Made by a program: the position numbers and the translations under genes
In this document: positions 1-8,830 of the stretch, piece by piece
Layout: each line of letters opens with the position of its first letter
Position numbering within the stretch: position 1 is the stretch's first letter
The notes under the pieces: generated by a model
Database searches by the model: none
What the model was told of the DNA's origin: nothing
The model's input: only the letters and a program-made list of their open reading frames with translations
NCBI GenBank assembly: GCA_964597575.1
Contig: CAZQXB010000001.1
Coordinates: 842,892-906,891 of the forward strand
From: an uncultured Gammaproteobacteria bacterium
Lineage (GTDB): Bacteria > Patescibacteriota > Patescibacteriia > Magasanikbacterales > UBA922
Direction: 5' to 3'
DNA: 64,000 nucleotides

Positions 1-254
1 ACAAGAATTCCGAGAAGTACGGCGGATACTGCCGGCTGCCAAGGCCAAAAGCCCATAACGAGCGCCAGCCAAACAATAAGTGTCGTTAAAAGGGCGCAAG
101 ACGGCTTGGCTTTTAAATCCAAAATGGTAGTACGAAGAAAATTCGGAGCAAGCATGAAAGAAAACGTACACGCATAGTATAGCGCAAAAAACGCGCTAAG
201 AAAAGACAAAATAAAACACCCACCGGAGAAATCCGATGGGTGTTTTACAATCAT
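1..254 (-). CDS. Partial CDS (N-terminal about 84 aa; runs off the window) of a hydrophobic, membrane-like protein. Manual translation gives MIVKHPSDFSGGCFILSFLSAFFALYYACTF...
   Basis: Open minus-strand frame from ATG (complement of 252-254) to the window edge. Not in the ORF track because its stop lies outside the window. Low-GC host composition. Confidence 0.3.
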   Translation of the reverse strand, partial: MIVKHPSDFSGGCFILSFLSAFFALYYACTFSFMLAPNFLRTTILDLKAKPSCALLTTLIVWLALVMGFWPWQPAVSAVLLGIL

Positions 255-291
255 GAAGCGAGAAACGTATTTCTCGATTTATGATTTTGAG

Positions 292-331
292 GAGACGGCT
301 AGGAATCCTCGGGGATTTCACTAGCCGTCTC
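292..331. other. Perfect 11-bp inverted repeat (GAGACGGCTAG ... CTAGCCGTCTC) with an 18-nt loop, sitting exactly at the left low-GC/high-GC junction.
   Basis: Read directly. It lies 75 nt downstream of the stop of the minus-strand lipoprotein gene. It could be a terminator for the island operon or a junction/recombination site. Confidence 0.5.
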
Positions 332-405
332 GACAGAGGCATCTCCGCTTGGCACCTTGGTGTCTCACGACACGAGGTGCACTTGGGAGAGCTCTTGAGG
401 GAAAC

Positions 406-2412
406 CTACAGCTGCAGGTAGGCGTTGAAGCCGCTCGGGCGGTTGTTGCGCTCGTAGGTAATCCGCGTCGTCATCGTGCTGTGGAGCGTTGTGGGGACCT
501 CGGCTTCGAGGTATCCAGTCTGCTGCAGCAAATGATTTGGCGGGGTACCGTTATCGGCGAGCGCGTACCAGATGTCCGTGTTTCCGGCGTTGTAGCCGAA
601 CACGTTCACCGCACACCGCACGTTCGGCTGCAAGTTCCGGAGGGTCGCCTCGATGACGATGTTCCCTACGGAACCCCACCCGCCTGCTGGCCGGTTCACC
701 TGAACCCCTTGAGGACCCCATTGCATGATCGTGGCTCCCGTACCCGCGTTGGTACGGCACTCGACGATCATCCTGAGGTAGGTCACCTCAGCGGAGATCG
801 ATCCGGCTTCGGCCGCCGGAATTCGATAGAACGCTCGCACCGTCGTGGTCGCACTTCCCGTGCTCGTCACCACGATGATGCCGGGTCCACCAGGGGTGGT
901 ACCACCGTCGGGCGTTCCTCCGTCCCCTGCTCCTGCATCCGGGACCGATGCTGCCGCGTCGGGATTCGACGGGGCGGCGTCCGGGTTGCTCGGAGCTGCG
1001 TCGGGGAACACCGGTGCCGCATCCGGAAAGACCGGAGCGGCATCGGGGAACGTGGGTCCGGCGTCGGGGAAGACAGGCGTTGCGTCGGGGAAGACAGGCG
1101 TTGCGTCGGGGAAGACAGGCGTTGCGTCGGGGTTCACGGGCGCCGCGTCGGGATTCGACGGGGCGGCGTCCGGGTTGCTCGGAGCTGCGTCGGGATTGAC
1201 CACACCTGCGTCCGGGTTCACCACGACACCACCGTCCGGAAGCCGAACACACATGTTCGGCCGACCAGCGACGGGGATGCACGTGAGACCCGTGTTGCAG
1301 GTGAGGTTACCGTAGCAGTCGCCACCCTCGGTGCCCACCGCGGGTCCACCATCGGTCGGCGGAGCGGCATCCGGATTCGGTGCGGCATCAGGGAAGACGG
1401 TCGCGTCGGGCGCAGGACCTGCATCACCGGGAATCACCACCCCACCGTCCGGCAGCCGAACACAGATGCTCGACATGCCGATCGGAAGGCAGCTCAGCCC
1501 CATGTTGCAAGTACCGTTGCCGTAGCACGGTCCACCCTCGGTACCCGTTGGCGGCCCCGAACCGGCGTCGTTCTCCCCTGCATCGATGACGCCCGCGTCC
1601 TGTTGAGGAAGCGGCTCACAGATGTTCACCTGCCCACCCTGATCCTGACATTGGAGGTCGCGATTGCACGTGTCGTTGTCACGACACGGGCAGTTCTCGG
1701 TCCCCCATTGGCAGAAGTCGCAGAAGGTCCCGCGACAGATCAGATCCTCGCGGCAGAACCCCCCGCCTCCACAGTCACACGCGAGCGTCCCCGGAACGCA
1801 GCCCGGCGGCGGCGCCAGCGGGCCGCACGAGAACTCGGAGACGCGCTGACCGTTGCAGGAGAGCGCGACACAGAGATTCGTGATGCCACTTCCGTTCGTC
1901 GAGGTGCGAACCTCGACGATGGTTCCGGGGTTCTGGCACGAGTTGCTGCCACCGATCGGCCGATCGACACACAGCTGACGCTGGGTCGGAGCCGCCGAAC
2001 AGGTGAAGTTCACGCAGAACTTCTCCATGTCCGGAACCGTTGAGCTGCGGGTCTGCACTGACGTGGGCAGGCAGCTCGCACCGTCCATACCGGGAGTCCC
2101 CGGCTGTCCGGGCTCTCCGGGCGAACCGGGCTGACCATCCTGACCCCGCGGGACGTCCACGCAGAACGAAGATCCGGGGTTACACCCCGGGATCCCGTCG
2201 CCGAAGCAGAAGCGAACCCCTGCATCGTTCGCGACGGAGCTCGTCACGGGACATGCGGGTCCCGCCGGCCCTTGCGGACCAGTCGGACCCGTCGCGCCAG
2301 TCGGCCCGACGCCGCCCTTGAAGGGCGGGATCTCGATCGGCTGCTCATCGCAGCCGACGAGGAAAGAGGTGGAACAGAAGAAGAGACAGAACAAGAACCT
2401 CGCCATATTCAT
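406..2412 (-). CDS. Secreted lipoprotein of about 668 aa. It has a lipobox (LVGC), collagen-like G-x-x triplets (GPTGATGPTGPQGPAGP, GQPGSPGEPGQPGTPG), several Cys-rich modules and a C-terminal tandem PDAAP/PDATPVF repeat tract.
   Basis: Start chosen at MNMARF, with RBS GAGAAAGGA 8 nt upstream. Signal peptide plus Cys in LVGC. About 68% GC. The plus-strand ORF 349..2043 is an Arg-rich shadow of this gene. Confidence 0.6.
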   Translation of the reverse strand: MNMARFLFCLFFCSTSFLVGCDEQPIEIPPFKGGVGPTGATGPTGPQGPAGPACPVTSSVANDAGVRFCFGDGIPGCNPGSSFCVDVPRGQDGQPGSPGEPGQPGTPGMDGASCLPTSVQTRSSTVPDMEKFCVNFTCSAAPTQRQLCVDRPIGGSNSCQNPGTIVEVRTSTNGSGITNLCVALSCNGQRVSEFSCGPLAPPPGCVPGTLACDCGGGGFCREDLICRGTFCDFCQWGTENCPCRDNDTCNRDLQCQDQGGQVNICEPLPQQDAGVIDAGENDAGSGPPTGTEGGPCYGNGTCNMGLSCLPIGMSSICVRLPDGGVVIPGDAGPAPDATVFPDAAPNPDAAPPTDGGPAVGTEGGDCYGNLTCNTGLTCIPVAGRPNMCVRLPDGGVVVNPDAGVVNPDAAPSNPDAAPSNPDAAPVNPDATPVFPDATPVFPDATPVFPDAGPTFPDAAPVFPDAAPVFPDAAPSNPDAAPSNPDAAASVPDAGAGDGGTPDGGTTPGGPGIIVVTSTGSATTTVRAFYRIPAAEAGSISAEVTYLRMIVECRTNAGTGATIMQWGPQGVQVNRPAGGWGSVGNIVIEATLRNLQPNVRCAVNVFGYNAGNTDIWYALADNGTPPNHLLQQTGYLEAEVPTTLHSTMTTRITYERNNRPSGFNAYLQL

Positions 2413-2790
2413 GACTACAGTTCCTTTCTCCCCGTAAACCGACGGGGTTGCGGATTCGAACCAGTGGGTTAACTCGCGTGAGGGCACCATACCCCCGGTT
2501 TTTTTAGGACCAGAGGTCATGCCGCTCAAGCGGACACTGAACTCCTCTACGCGCAACGTATCGTTTTCATAAAACAACACATTGCGCGAGAGGAATTATT
2601 TTTGTATAGATTTCCCTCAATTGAAATGAACTTTTTGTATCCAATTTCTGGGATACCAGTCGGGCATATACACTCGTACGTGCACCCCTGGAATACCACA
2701 AACAGTAACTATACATTATACCACTTTTTTACACATTTGTCAATCACGTTATTCACCTCTTTTTTTGCTTATTTAAGAGAAGAAATCTGA

Positions 2791-2818
2791 GGGAGGTTGA
2801 ACACTTTTTCAACCTCCC
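2791..2818 (-). terminator. Hairpin GGGAGGTTGAA-cacTTTTT-CAACCTCCC (11-bp stem) downstream of the 2899..3879 gene. It lies in the AT-rich intergenic/promoter segment inside the high-GC island.
   Basis: Perfect stem read directly, with flanking T/A runs on both strands. Confidence 0.5.
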
Positions 2819-2898
2819 CCGCTTTTGACTTTCCCCTATCCTCCAGGGCGGCCCTCTGAAACTGGTCCAGAGAGCCGCCCGTGTAGCGCTGGGGTGCG

Positions 2899-3879
2899 CT
2901 ACGGCGTGGGAGCGATGACCCCATCCGGCTGCTTTTGCCGTGAGTAGCTGAAGTCACCCACCGTGTCGACGACGATTCCGAGAGAGAACGAGAACGCGCT
3001 CTGCTCGGGACCACCACCCGTCCACGATCGGTGGTCGGTGTCGCGAACCATGGATAGGGGGGACCATTCGATCCCCCACTTCATGAATCCGAACACCTTC
3101 CCGCCGACCTTTGCGCTGACCCCCTGGTAGTGGAACGACGGTCCGTCCCACTCCGCCTCCCCAGTGTTGAAGAGGCGCAGGTAGGAAACACCCACGTCGA
3201 GGGTCGCTTGTCGATCCCTCGACATGAGTGCCCGCCAGCCGACCCCGCCCCCGTACCCGAATGCGAAGTGAGTTCCCCGAGGGGAAGCCGCCAACGCCGA
3301 ACCGGGCATGAGGTATGCCGACAGCACGATGCTGTCGATGATCACCAAATCGAGACCGAACCGTGCTCCGACGGCGACATCTCCGTTGTAGAAGACGACC
3401 GCCGACGGACCGGCACTGATCTCGAAAAGTGCGGGCTCTGTCCTGCGCTCTTTCTCGACCGCGGTGAGGCGCTGTTCGTGGTCGTCGATCCGATCCATGG
3501 CCAAGTCGGTCTGCTCGGTGAGGGCTGCGGTCGCAGTCGCCACCCGCTCGAGCGTGGCCGTGGCGGTCGAAACCGTCCCGACCATCTGCGAGAACAAGTC
3601 TTCCAGATACGTGATCTCGTTGCCGAGGATCACGTCGGACGACTCGCCCGCCTGCTCCTGGCAGAGATCACGGGCCGCCTGGCTCGTCTTCTTCATCTCG
3701 GCGCACTTGCGCCGAGCCTTGCAGTGCTTCACCCAGTCGTTGCCACGCCGCGAGAAGTTCTCCTCGCACGTCTGCTGGTCCAGGGTCCGCATCGTCGGAG
3801 CCGGGGTAGCCGCCGGCTGCGCGAGCGCAACCAGAGGGAGAAAGGTCAGAGCGAACAAACACACCAACAACTTACGCAT
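2899..3879 (-). CDS. Secreted hypothetical protein. It has a signal peptide (MRKLLVCLFALTFLPLVALAQP), a coiled-coil region, and a Gly/aromatic-rich C-terminal domain that looks beta-rich.
   Basis: RBS GAAAGTGAGGA 5 nt upstream of the ATG. The gene sits 7 nt downstream of the stop of the 3886..4851 gene, which suggests an operon. High GC. Confidence 0.55.
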   Translation of the reverse strand: MRKLLVCLFALTFLPLVALAQPAATPAPTMRTLDQQTCEENFSRRGNDWVKHCKARRKCAEMKKTSQAARDLCQEQAGESSDVILGNEITYLEDLFSQMVGTVSTATATLERVATATAALTEQTDLAMDRIDDHEQRLTAVEKERRTEPALFEISAGPSAVVFYNGDVAVGARFGLDLVIIDSIVLSAYLMPGSALAASPRGTHFAFGYGGGVGWRALMSRDRQATLDVGVSYLRLFNTGEAEWDGPSFHYQGVSAKVGGKVFGFMKWGIEWSPLSMVRDTDHRSWTGGGPEQSAFSFSLGIVVDTVGDFSYSRQKQPDGVIAPTP

Positions 3880-3885
3880 ACGTCC

Positions 3886-4851
3886 TCACTTTCCGGGCTT
3901 CTTGACGCCCGAGGCTTCGACTTCGTCGATGCACTTACTACGGAGTACTCCGATGGCCGTCTTGTCGGGGATCGACAGAGGAAGCTTCCGTTCGGCCATG
4001 AGTCGAGTATAGTCACCCGACTGCTTGATGGTCATAGCCACCTCGGGCGGAACACCGCGCTCGATGGCCCGCTTGATGTAAGCAGCCAAGTCACAGCATC
4101 CAGCCGCGGCCGTGCCCTTGCAGATGTCCTTCCAAGTCAGAGTACGCCCTACGGGAACCGCCGGAAACTCCGGAGGCTTCGGCTTGTCTGCCTTGGGCTT
4201 CTTGTCCTCGCGAACCGTCGACGCCGGGGCTGCCTGCACCTTCTTCGGATTGCACTTCTCCTTGTCCTGAGCGATGACCGCGTTGAAGAACGCGATCTGC
4301 CGAGCGATCTCCGCGATACGCGCCGGGTCAGCCTTCACACTCGAGCGAGTCTTCGCCCGATTGAGATAGGTCAACCCATCGCGTGCGTCGCGGACCTGAT
4401 CGGCTTGGAGAGCCTTCGAACCCTTGTCCGTGCCGCATGGCACGACCTTGAGCTCGAGCTCCTCGCAACCAATCAGGTAGGGAACTGAATCAGCACACCA
4501 CCCCGGCGCGACCGTCGCGGTCTTGCCCGGGTGAAGCACGTGCTTCAGCCCCTTCAGGGTCTTGTTCGGATCGGCCTGGCACACATAGGCCAGCTCCTCG
4601 ATCTCGCTGTACCCCCTGTCCGGGTGCCACCAGGCGGTGGACGTGTAGGTCGCCGCGACCGTCGCGGTATTGACCTTACCCACCGTACCCTGGAACGCCG
4701 CCGGGTTGACGCTGATCGTCTGCCCACACTCCGGGAGGAGGAGGGCGACGATGAAGCCGGCGATGAAGCCGAGGAGCGTCCGCAGCTTGTTGCCGCGGGG
4801 CTTCTCGTTGCCGGTCGAAGTGACCGGCGCATCCATGTTCTCTTTTTTCAT
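3886..4851 (-). CDS. Hypothetical membrane-anchored protein. It has an N-terminal TM segment (LLGFIAGFIVALLLP), a Lys/Pro-rich linker and a Cys-containing C-terminal domain.
   Basis: Start chosen at MKKENMDAP, with RBS GGAAAAGGA 8 nt upstream. The ORF-track start at 4968 is probably too far upstream. Confidence 0.5.
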   Translation of the reverse strand: MKKENMDAPVTSTGNEKPRGNKLRTLLGFIAGFIVALLLPECGQTISVNPAAFQGTVGKVNTATVAATYTSTAWWHPDRGYSEIEELAYVCQADPNKTLKGLKHVLHPGKTATVAPGWCADSVPYLIGCEELELKVVPCGTDKGSKALQADQVRDARDGLTYLNRAKTRSSVKADPARIAEIARQIAFFNAVIAQDKEKCNPKKVQAAPASTVREDKKPKADKPKPPEFPAVPVGRTLTWKDICKGTAAAGCCDLAAYIKRAIERGVPPEVAMTIKQSGDYTRLMAERKLPLSIPDKTAIGVLRSKCIDEVEASGVKKPGK

Positions 4852-5180
4852 GGACACATCCTTTTCCCCCGACGCTGTCGGGAATTTCCGGTGGCACGAG
4901 CCACCTTGGCTCATGCCGACATATACATCGGCTGGTTTGTTTTCAGTTTCCTTCCGTGCACCGTGCACGAGGATCGTTCAAATGCTTTTTTCTCAAAGCA
5001 TCTCGACGATCCTCGCCAACGAACACAAAAAGAAACCAAATTTTATAGTATTTCAAAGTGTAATGAACAAATGGGGTTTAGCCCCATTCACCAGACTACA
5101 TGTACTCCTTTCAATGTAATCTCGTCAATGGGACCCGCGGAAGAGAATTGCTTCCGCGGTAGATGTGAAGATGAAGAAAA

Positions 5181-6794
5181 CTACTTGCTGTCTCCGATGG
5201 CCTGGCGCTCGGTGCGGCATCGCTGCTGGAGCGATTTAGGCACCGAGTTGCAACATGCGACCGCGCCGACCACGTCACCAGTTCGCTGCTTGTTCAAGCA
5301 CTGGTTGACCGGATCCGACACTGCCGGAATGGCGACGATCTCGCCTGCCGCATTCTCCATCGACGTCGGCAGGTTGCTCTTCGTGATCATGAAGACCGCG
5401 AATCCAGCACCCGCCGCTACCAGTGCGAGCGCGACGAAGATAAAGTGGAACAAGGTCCACCCCTTCCGCTTCGGCGGCGGACGCCTCGCCCGAGCCTTGA
5501 CCTTCGGCTTGCGCGTCAGATCGTCGTCATCAGATGCCATCTCTCGAAGCAAGTAAGCGTCGCCGAGCTCCGTCGGCTGTTGGTCGGGCACTGCGCCAGA
5601 CCCAGTAGACGGGAGCGGAGCGGTAGTTGAGGGAGAAATAGCAGGAGGAGGCTGAGGAGCGGGCGGCGGGGACTTGAACTCCCAGCCGGTCCGGTCAGCG
5701 AGCCTGAGCAAAAAGACGGACTCGCGATGACCTTTCTTCAGGCTCGACAAGTGGTCGAGCCAGAGGAATCTCTCCCCCTCATCGAGGGGAAAATCCTTCA
5801 GCTTTTCAGGGGCCACAGGCACAAGGGGGAAGAACGCGCTCGGTCGTTCGGCAATTTCTCCGAAGGGACCGAACTCGATGAGGTACTCCTTCGCTCCGAA
5901 AGGAGAGAGGTGATCGTATTCCTCGGGGCTAACGACAAGCCCCATCACCTTCTGCTCTTTCCAGTATCGGAGGCGATACTTCGCCTTCCCGATCACGACC
6001 GTCATCTTCCCCGATCCCTTTTCGAAGGGACGGAGGACACGCGTCGTGCTGTCGGCCGGATCTGCGGTGGGCGCCGAAGCGACCGCCACAGCCTGAGGCC
6101 GAGCCGGCAGAGTCGGTCGAACCGACTGCACCGGTGGACCAGGCATTCCGACCGTGTAATCAACACTCGGGCGGGCAGGCATCGCCGGAACCGTCCTTGC
6201 ACGCGGTGCCGGAGCAGGAACCGGAATCGCCACTCGGGGTGGCGCGACCACGGTCTCTCCGTGAGCCGTAACCTGCTCTTCTGCCATGGCGAGACTCTCA
6301 TCCATCCGCGCGAGGACAGCATCGATGGGAGCATCTTCTCCCAGGTCGGCCCCGACCGTGCGGGCGGTACCGATCCCTATCACGCCAGTGTTGGCCGTGA
6401 TCGGCTCGCTATCCTCATCACCCCTGTCGTCGACTTCGTCCAGGATCTGGTGGGGGTCAATGTGCACCCCCGAAGGCTCGACCCCGGCCTCTTCGAGACC
6501 GATGACGCGCCCAGAGGCGCGGCCCACGATGACGACCCCGTCGCCAGCGACCAACCGCTCATCAGCAGCGATCTGCTGGACGACCAGCGCCGCGACCGTC
6601 ACACGACGATCGAGGCCCGGAATGGGGGCTCCGTCCTCGGTACGCCCCACCTCATCCGCCCAGTTGGTGGACGGCGGAGGCGTGGGCTTGGGCGCCTCCG
6701 TACGAGCGGGTGGCGGGGGGTCGCTCTCGACACCGCGGCTGTTCCGCTCGAGAAAAGACTCCATGAGATCACCGTGATCAAGATCGAACATCAT
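5181..6794 (-). CDS. Hypothetical protein with Pro-rich linkers and one TM helix (GWTLFHFIFVALALVAAGAGFAVFMI). The N-terminal region is weakly FHA-like.
   Basis: RBS GAGAGGGA upstream of ATGATG. The gene start coincides with the right end of the high-GC block. The plus-strand ORF 5727..6956 is an Arg-rich shadow. Confidence 0.5.
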   Translation of the reverse strand: MMFDLDHGDLMESFLERNSRGVESDPPPPARTEAPKPTPPPSTNWADEVGRTEDGAPIPGLDRRVTVAALVVQQIAADERLVAGDGVVIVGRASGRVIGLEEAGVEPSGVHIDPHQILDEVDDRGDEDSEPITANTGVIGIGTARTVGADLGEDAPIDAVLARMDESLAMAEEQVTAHGETVVAPPRVAIPVPAPAPRARTVPAMPARPSVDYTVGMPGPPVQSVRPTLPARPQAVAVASAPTADPADSTTRVLRPFEKGSGKMTVVIGKAKYRLRYWKEQKVMGLVVSPEEYDHLSPFGAKEYLIEFGPFGEIAERPSAFFPLVPVAPEKLKDFPLDEGERFLWLDHLSSLKKGHRESVFLLRLADRTGWEFKSPPPAPQPPPAISPSTTAPLPSTGSGAVPDQQPTELGDAYLLREMASDDDDLTRKPKVKARARRPPPKRKGWTLFHFIFVALALVAAGAGFAVFMITKSNLPTSMENAAGEIVAIPAVSDPVNQCLNKQRTGDVVGAVACCNSVPKSLQQRCRTERQAIGDSK

Positions 6795-7131
6795 TCCCTC
6801 TCATCCTGCTGCATAAGGCGCAGCAATTCCTCGCCAAATCTCTTTGGCGCTTTTCTTAAAAATGTTTTCTTCAAACTTCAGTTGGATAGATCACGATTTG
6901 GAAGAGTTATTTGCGCATTGTGGGCACAAGCAACCCATAGCAAATCGACGGGTTAGAATAGCATAATTTAGCGCTTTTGTCAAGAGAAAGACCCTGTGTA
7001 TAAACGAATATTAAAAAAGGCTCTACTCAGCCACTATTTTAGAGCATTTCTTCTCTTTTTTTCCTGTATAAAAAACACCTGATTTTTCTTCAGGTATTTT
7101 TTACTTTCCTCTATTTCCTCTCCCCAACCCT

Positions 7132-7746
7132 TTATCGATACCTTCGCACGACCACCGCAGCACTGAGAAGTGCCCCGAGGAAGAAGCCAACGGCGATATT
7201 GACCGGGATATTTGGCCGAACCGGAATGTTTGTTGGTACGGGTTGATTAATGATTTTTAAACTCACATCTCCGCCCACGTAGTCGGTTACTTTATTCACC
7301 AGCGCATCTGCTACCGCACCGGATAAAGCCACTGCCCCTTCTTTCGTTTCAGAAAATGCACTCACATTCAACACCCCAGTACCATACACAACCGAGGCAC
7401 CGACCGATCGTTCCCAACGCTTGCGGCGCTCACGCTCGTTTCGAGCGCCCGCGAAATAATCTGCGGGGACTTCTTTTGGCGCATCCGTCATAACTTTTTT
7501 ATAAAAATCATCACTGGCCATCACCTGCACAATATTTTCCCCTACTCGCTCGGCCGACTTAGCGGCGGTGTACGGGTCAATGCCGTACCGCGATTTAGAA
7601 ACAATAAGCACCTGTGCGTCGGCGCGATACTCTAGTGGAAAAGCCAAACTCACCACCCCAGCCACGAAGGCCACAAAAAAACCGCTCACGAAAAGAATAC
7701 GCCACCGCTTTTTTAAAATATGAATGGGATCGTTCAGAAGATACAT
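7132..7746 (-). CDS. Wzz/CpsC-like polysaccharide chain-length determinant (polysaccharide co-polymerase), with N- and C-terminal TM helices.
   Basis: Topology and the C-terminal GFFLGALLSAAVVVRRYR segment match the PCP family. A hairpin terminator (ACCTGA-ttttctt-TCAGGT) lies downstream at about 7075-7100. Confidence 0.45.
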   Translation of the reverse strand: MYLLNDPIHILKKRWRILFVSGFFVAFVAGVVSLAFPLEYRADAQVLIVSKSRYGIDPYTAAKSAERVGENIVQVMASDDFYKKVMTDAPKEVPADYFAGARNERERRKRWERSVGASVVYGTGVLNVSAFSETKEGAVALSGAVADALVNKVTDYVGGDVSLKIINQPVPTNIPVRPNIPVNIAVGFFLGALLSAAVVVRRYR

Positions 7747-7778
7747 ATGTGCGTTAAGTAAAAAGCTATGAAAAAATA

Positions 7779-8828
7779 TTATTTCAAACGAATGGTAATC
7801 CGCTCGCCTTTTCTTTGCACCGTTATAAATAACTCTGTAGAGAGAAGGCTCACTTTCTCAAATGTTTCAAATGAAAACGGCACGTTCCCGAGTGTCATAA
7901 TAATATCGTTTGGCATAATACCAAGTGCGCGCGCTTTCGGCGTTACTTCTGTCACGAGAAAACCTTGTCGTGAAATAATCGTTTCGGCCTCAGGTATCGC
8001 CGATACAAACACTCCCTTAAACCCAAAATCGGGGTAAGTTATTTTTCCACTTTGAAGTACTTGCCGCATGTGCGATTCAACAAGCCACGATGGATAGAGC
8101 ACATTATTTTTGGCCACAAGCCCGAGCACATCTCCGCGGCGATCGACGACAAACGAACCAAAAGGAACTCCTGGCAACACCTGCGGCAAAAGTTCTGGTC
8201 GATCAAACGTGTATGTTTTTTCCGGCACAATAAATTCTCTTGCAGGAATAATCGTCGCATTCTCTATTTTATTTCCTGGGGCAATCGCCCACACGGTTCC
8301 ACCTTCAGCCTCCTCTGAACCAAACGCTGCCACACGAAATCCTTGGCCGACTAAATGCACATACACCAAATCGGTGTAGGGGTCTTCCACAATGGTGTCG
8401 ATCGTTGTCGAAACACTTTGACTATCAACCGCGAGAAGCATTTCTGAACGGGTTTTCAGCGTATCTTGAACAAGTACGGCCCAGCCATCCGAAGAAAGAA
8501 GCATCGCCTCCCCCACCCGTGCAGTAAGCGGAAAAGCACCTTCGCTGACAGTTTTCGTTTTGTCGTACAAAGTTACTGTGCGGGCTCGCGTTTGGTTGAG
8601 CACATAGGGTTCAAGTGTGTCCGGTGTGGTGTCGCGCCGCAAAAGAATTCGATCAGAAAGGCCGGCTGCGCCAATATCGGGAAGAACCCAAACAGCGGCA
8701 GCTAACGCCGAGGCAACGCCAGCGAGAACTGAAAGAAACAACATCAGTGTGACCCACGGCAGTGACTGGCGAACATAGTACGCCGGAATAGAACACGAAC
8801 GTGGAGGGAGATGCGGAGGATGGTTCAT
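7779..8828 (-). CDS. TM-anchored trypsin-like protease/PDZ-domain protein. It is HtrA-like but divergent and may be catalytically degenerate.
   Basis: The architecture is an N-terminal TM, a beta-rich protease-like core and a C-terminal PDZ-like segment. The start was moved to MNHPPHL to avoid overlapping the upstream gene. Confidence 0.4.
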   Translation of the reverse strand: MNHPPHLPPRSCSIPAYYVRQSLPWVTLMLFLSVLAGVASALAAAVWVLPDIGAAGLSDRILLRRDTTPDTLEPYVLNQTRARTVTLYDKTKTVSEGAFPLTARVGEAMLLSSDGWAVLVQDTLKTRSEMLLAVDSQSVSTTIDTIVEDPYTDLVYVHLVGQGFRVAAFGSEEAEGGTVWAIAPGNKIENATIIPAREFIVPEKTYTFDRPELLPQVLPGVPFGSFVVDRRGDVLGLVAKNNVLYPSWLVESHMRQVLQSGKITYPDFGFKGVFVSAIPEAETIISRQGFLVTEVTPKARALGIMPNDIIMTLGNVPFSFETFEKVSLLSTELFITVQRKGERITIRLK

Positions 8829-8830
8829 AT

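Noticed and set aside
940-1200. Tandem DNA repeats considered as a possible CRISPR array.
   Set aside because: The 21-nt units are contiguous with no spacers and lie in frame within a coding region. This is a protein repeat tract, not CRISPR. No CRISPR array or cas gene is seen anywhere in the window.
349-2043. Long plus-strand ORF (564 aa, Arg/Gly-rich) and several nested ORFs across 349-2472.
   Set aside because: They are antisense shadow ORFs of the high-GC minus-strand lipoprotein gene. They have no RBS and an extreme Arg bias. The minus frame has a signal peptide, an RBS and coherent repeats.
2441-2510. T-loop-like motif GGTTCGAATCC and G-rich stems in the 5' leader of the lipoprotein gene (minus strand). 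A possible tRNA fragment.
   Set aside because: It could not be folded into a cloverleaf, because the stems flanking the TTCGAAT loop are not complementary. It is more likely a structured 5' UTR hairpin (CCCCGT-cggttt-ACGGGG) before the RBS.
3130-4488. Plus-strand ORF of 452 aa.
   Set aside because: It spans the boundary between two well-supported minus-strand genes (2899-3879 and 3886-4851). It is Arg-rich shadow translation typical of high-GC DNA.
5727-6956. Plus-strand ORF of 409 aa, and internal ORFs at 6286-6777.
   Set aside because: Shadow of the minus-strand gene 5181-6794. It runs past the island edge into AT-rich DNA with no start context.
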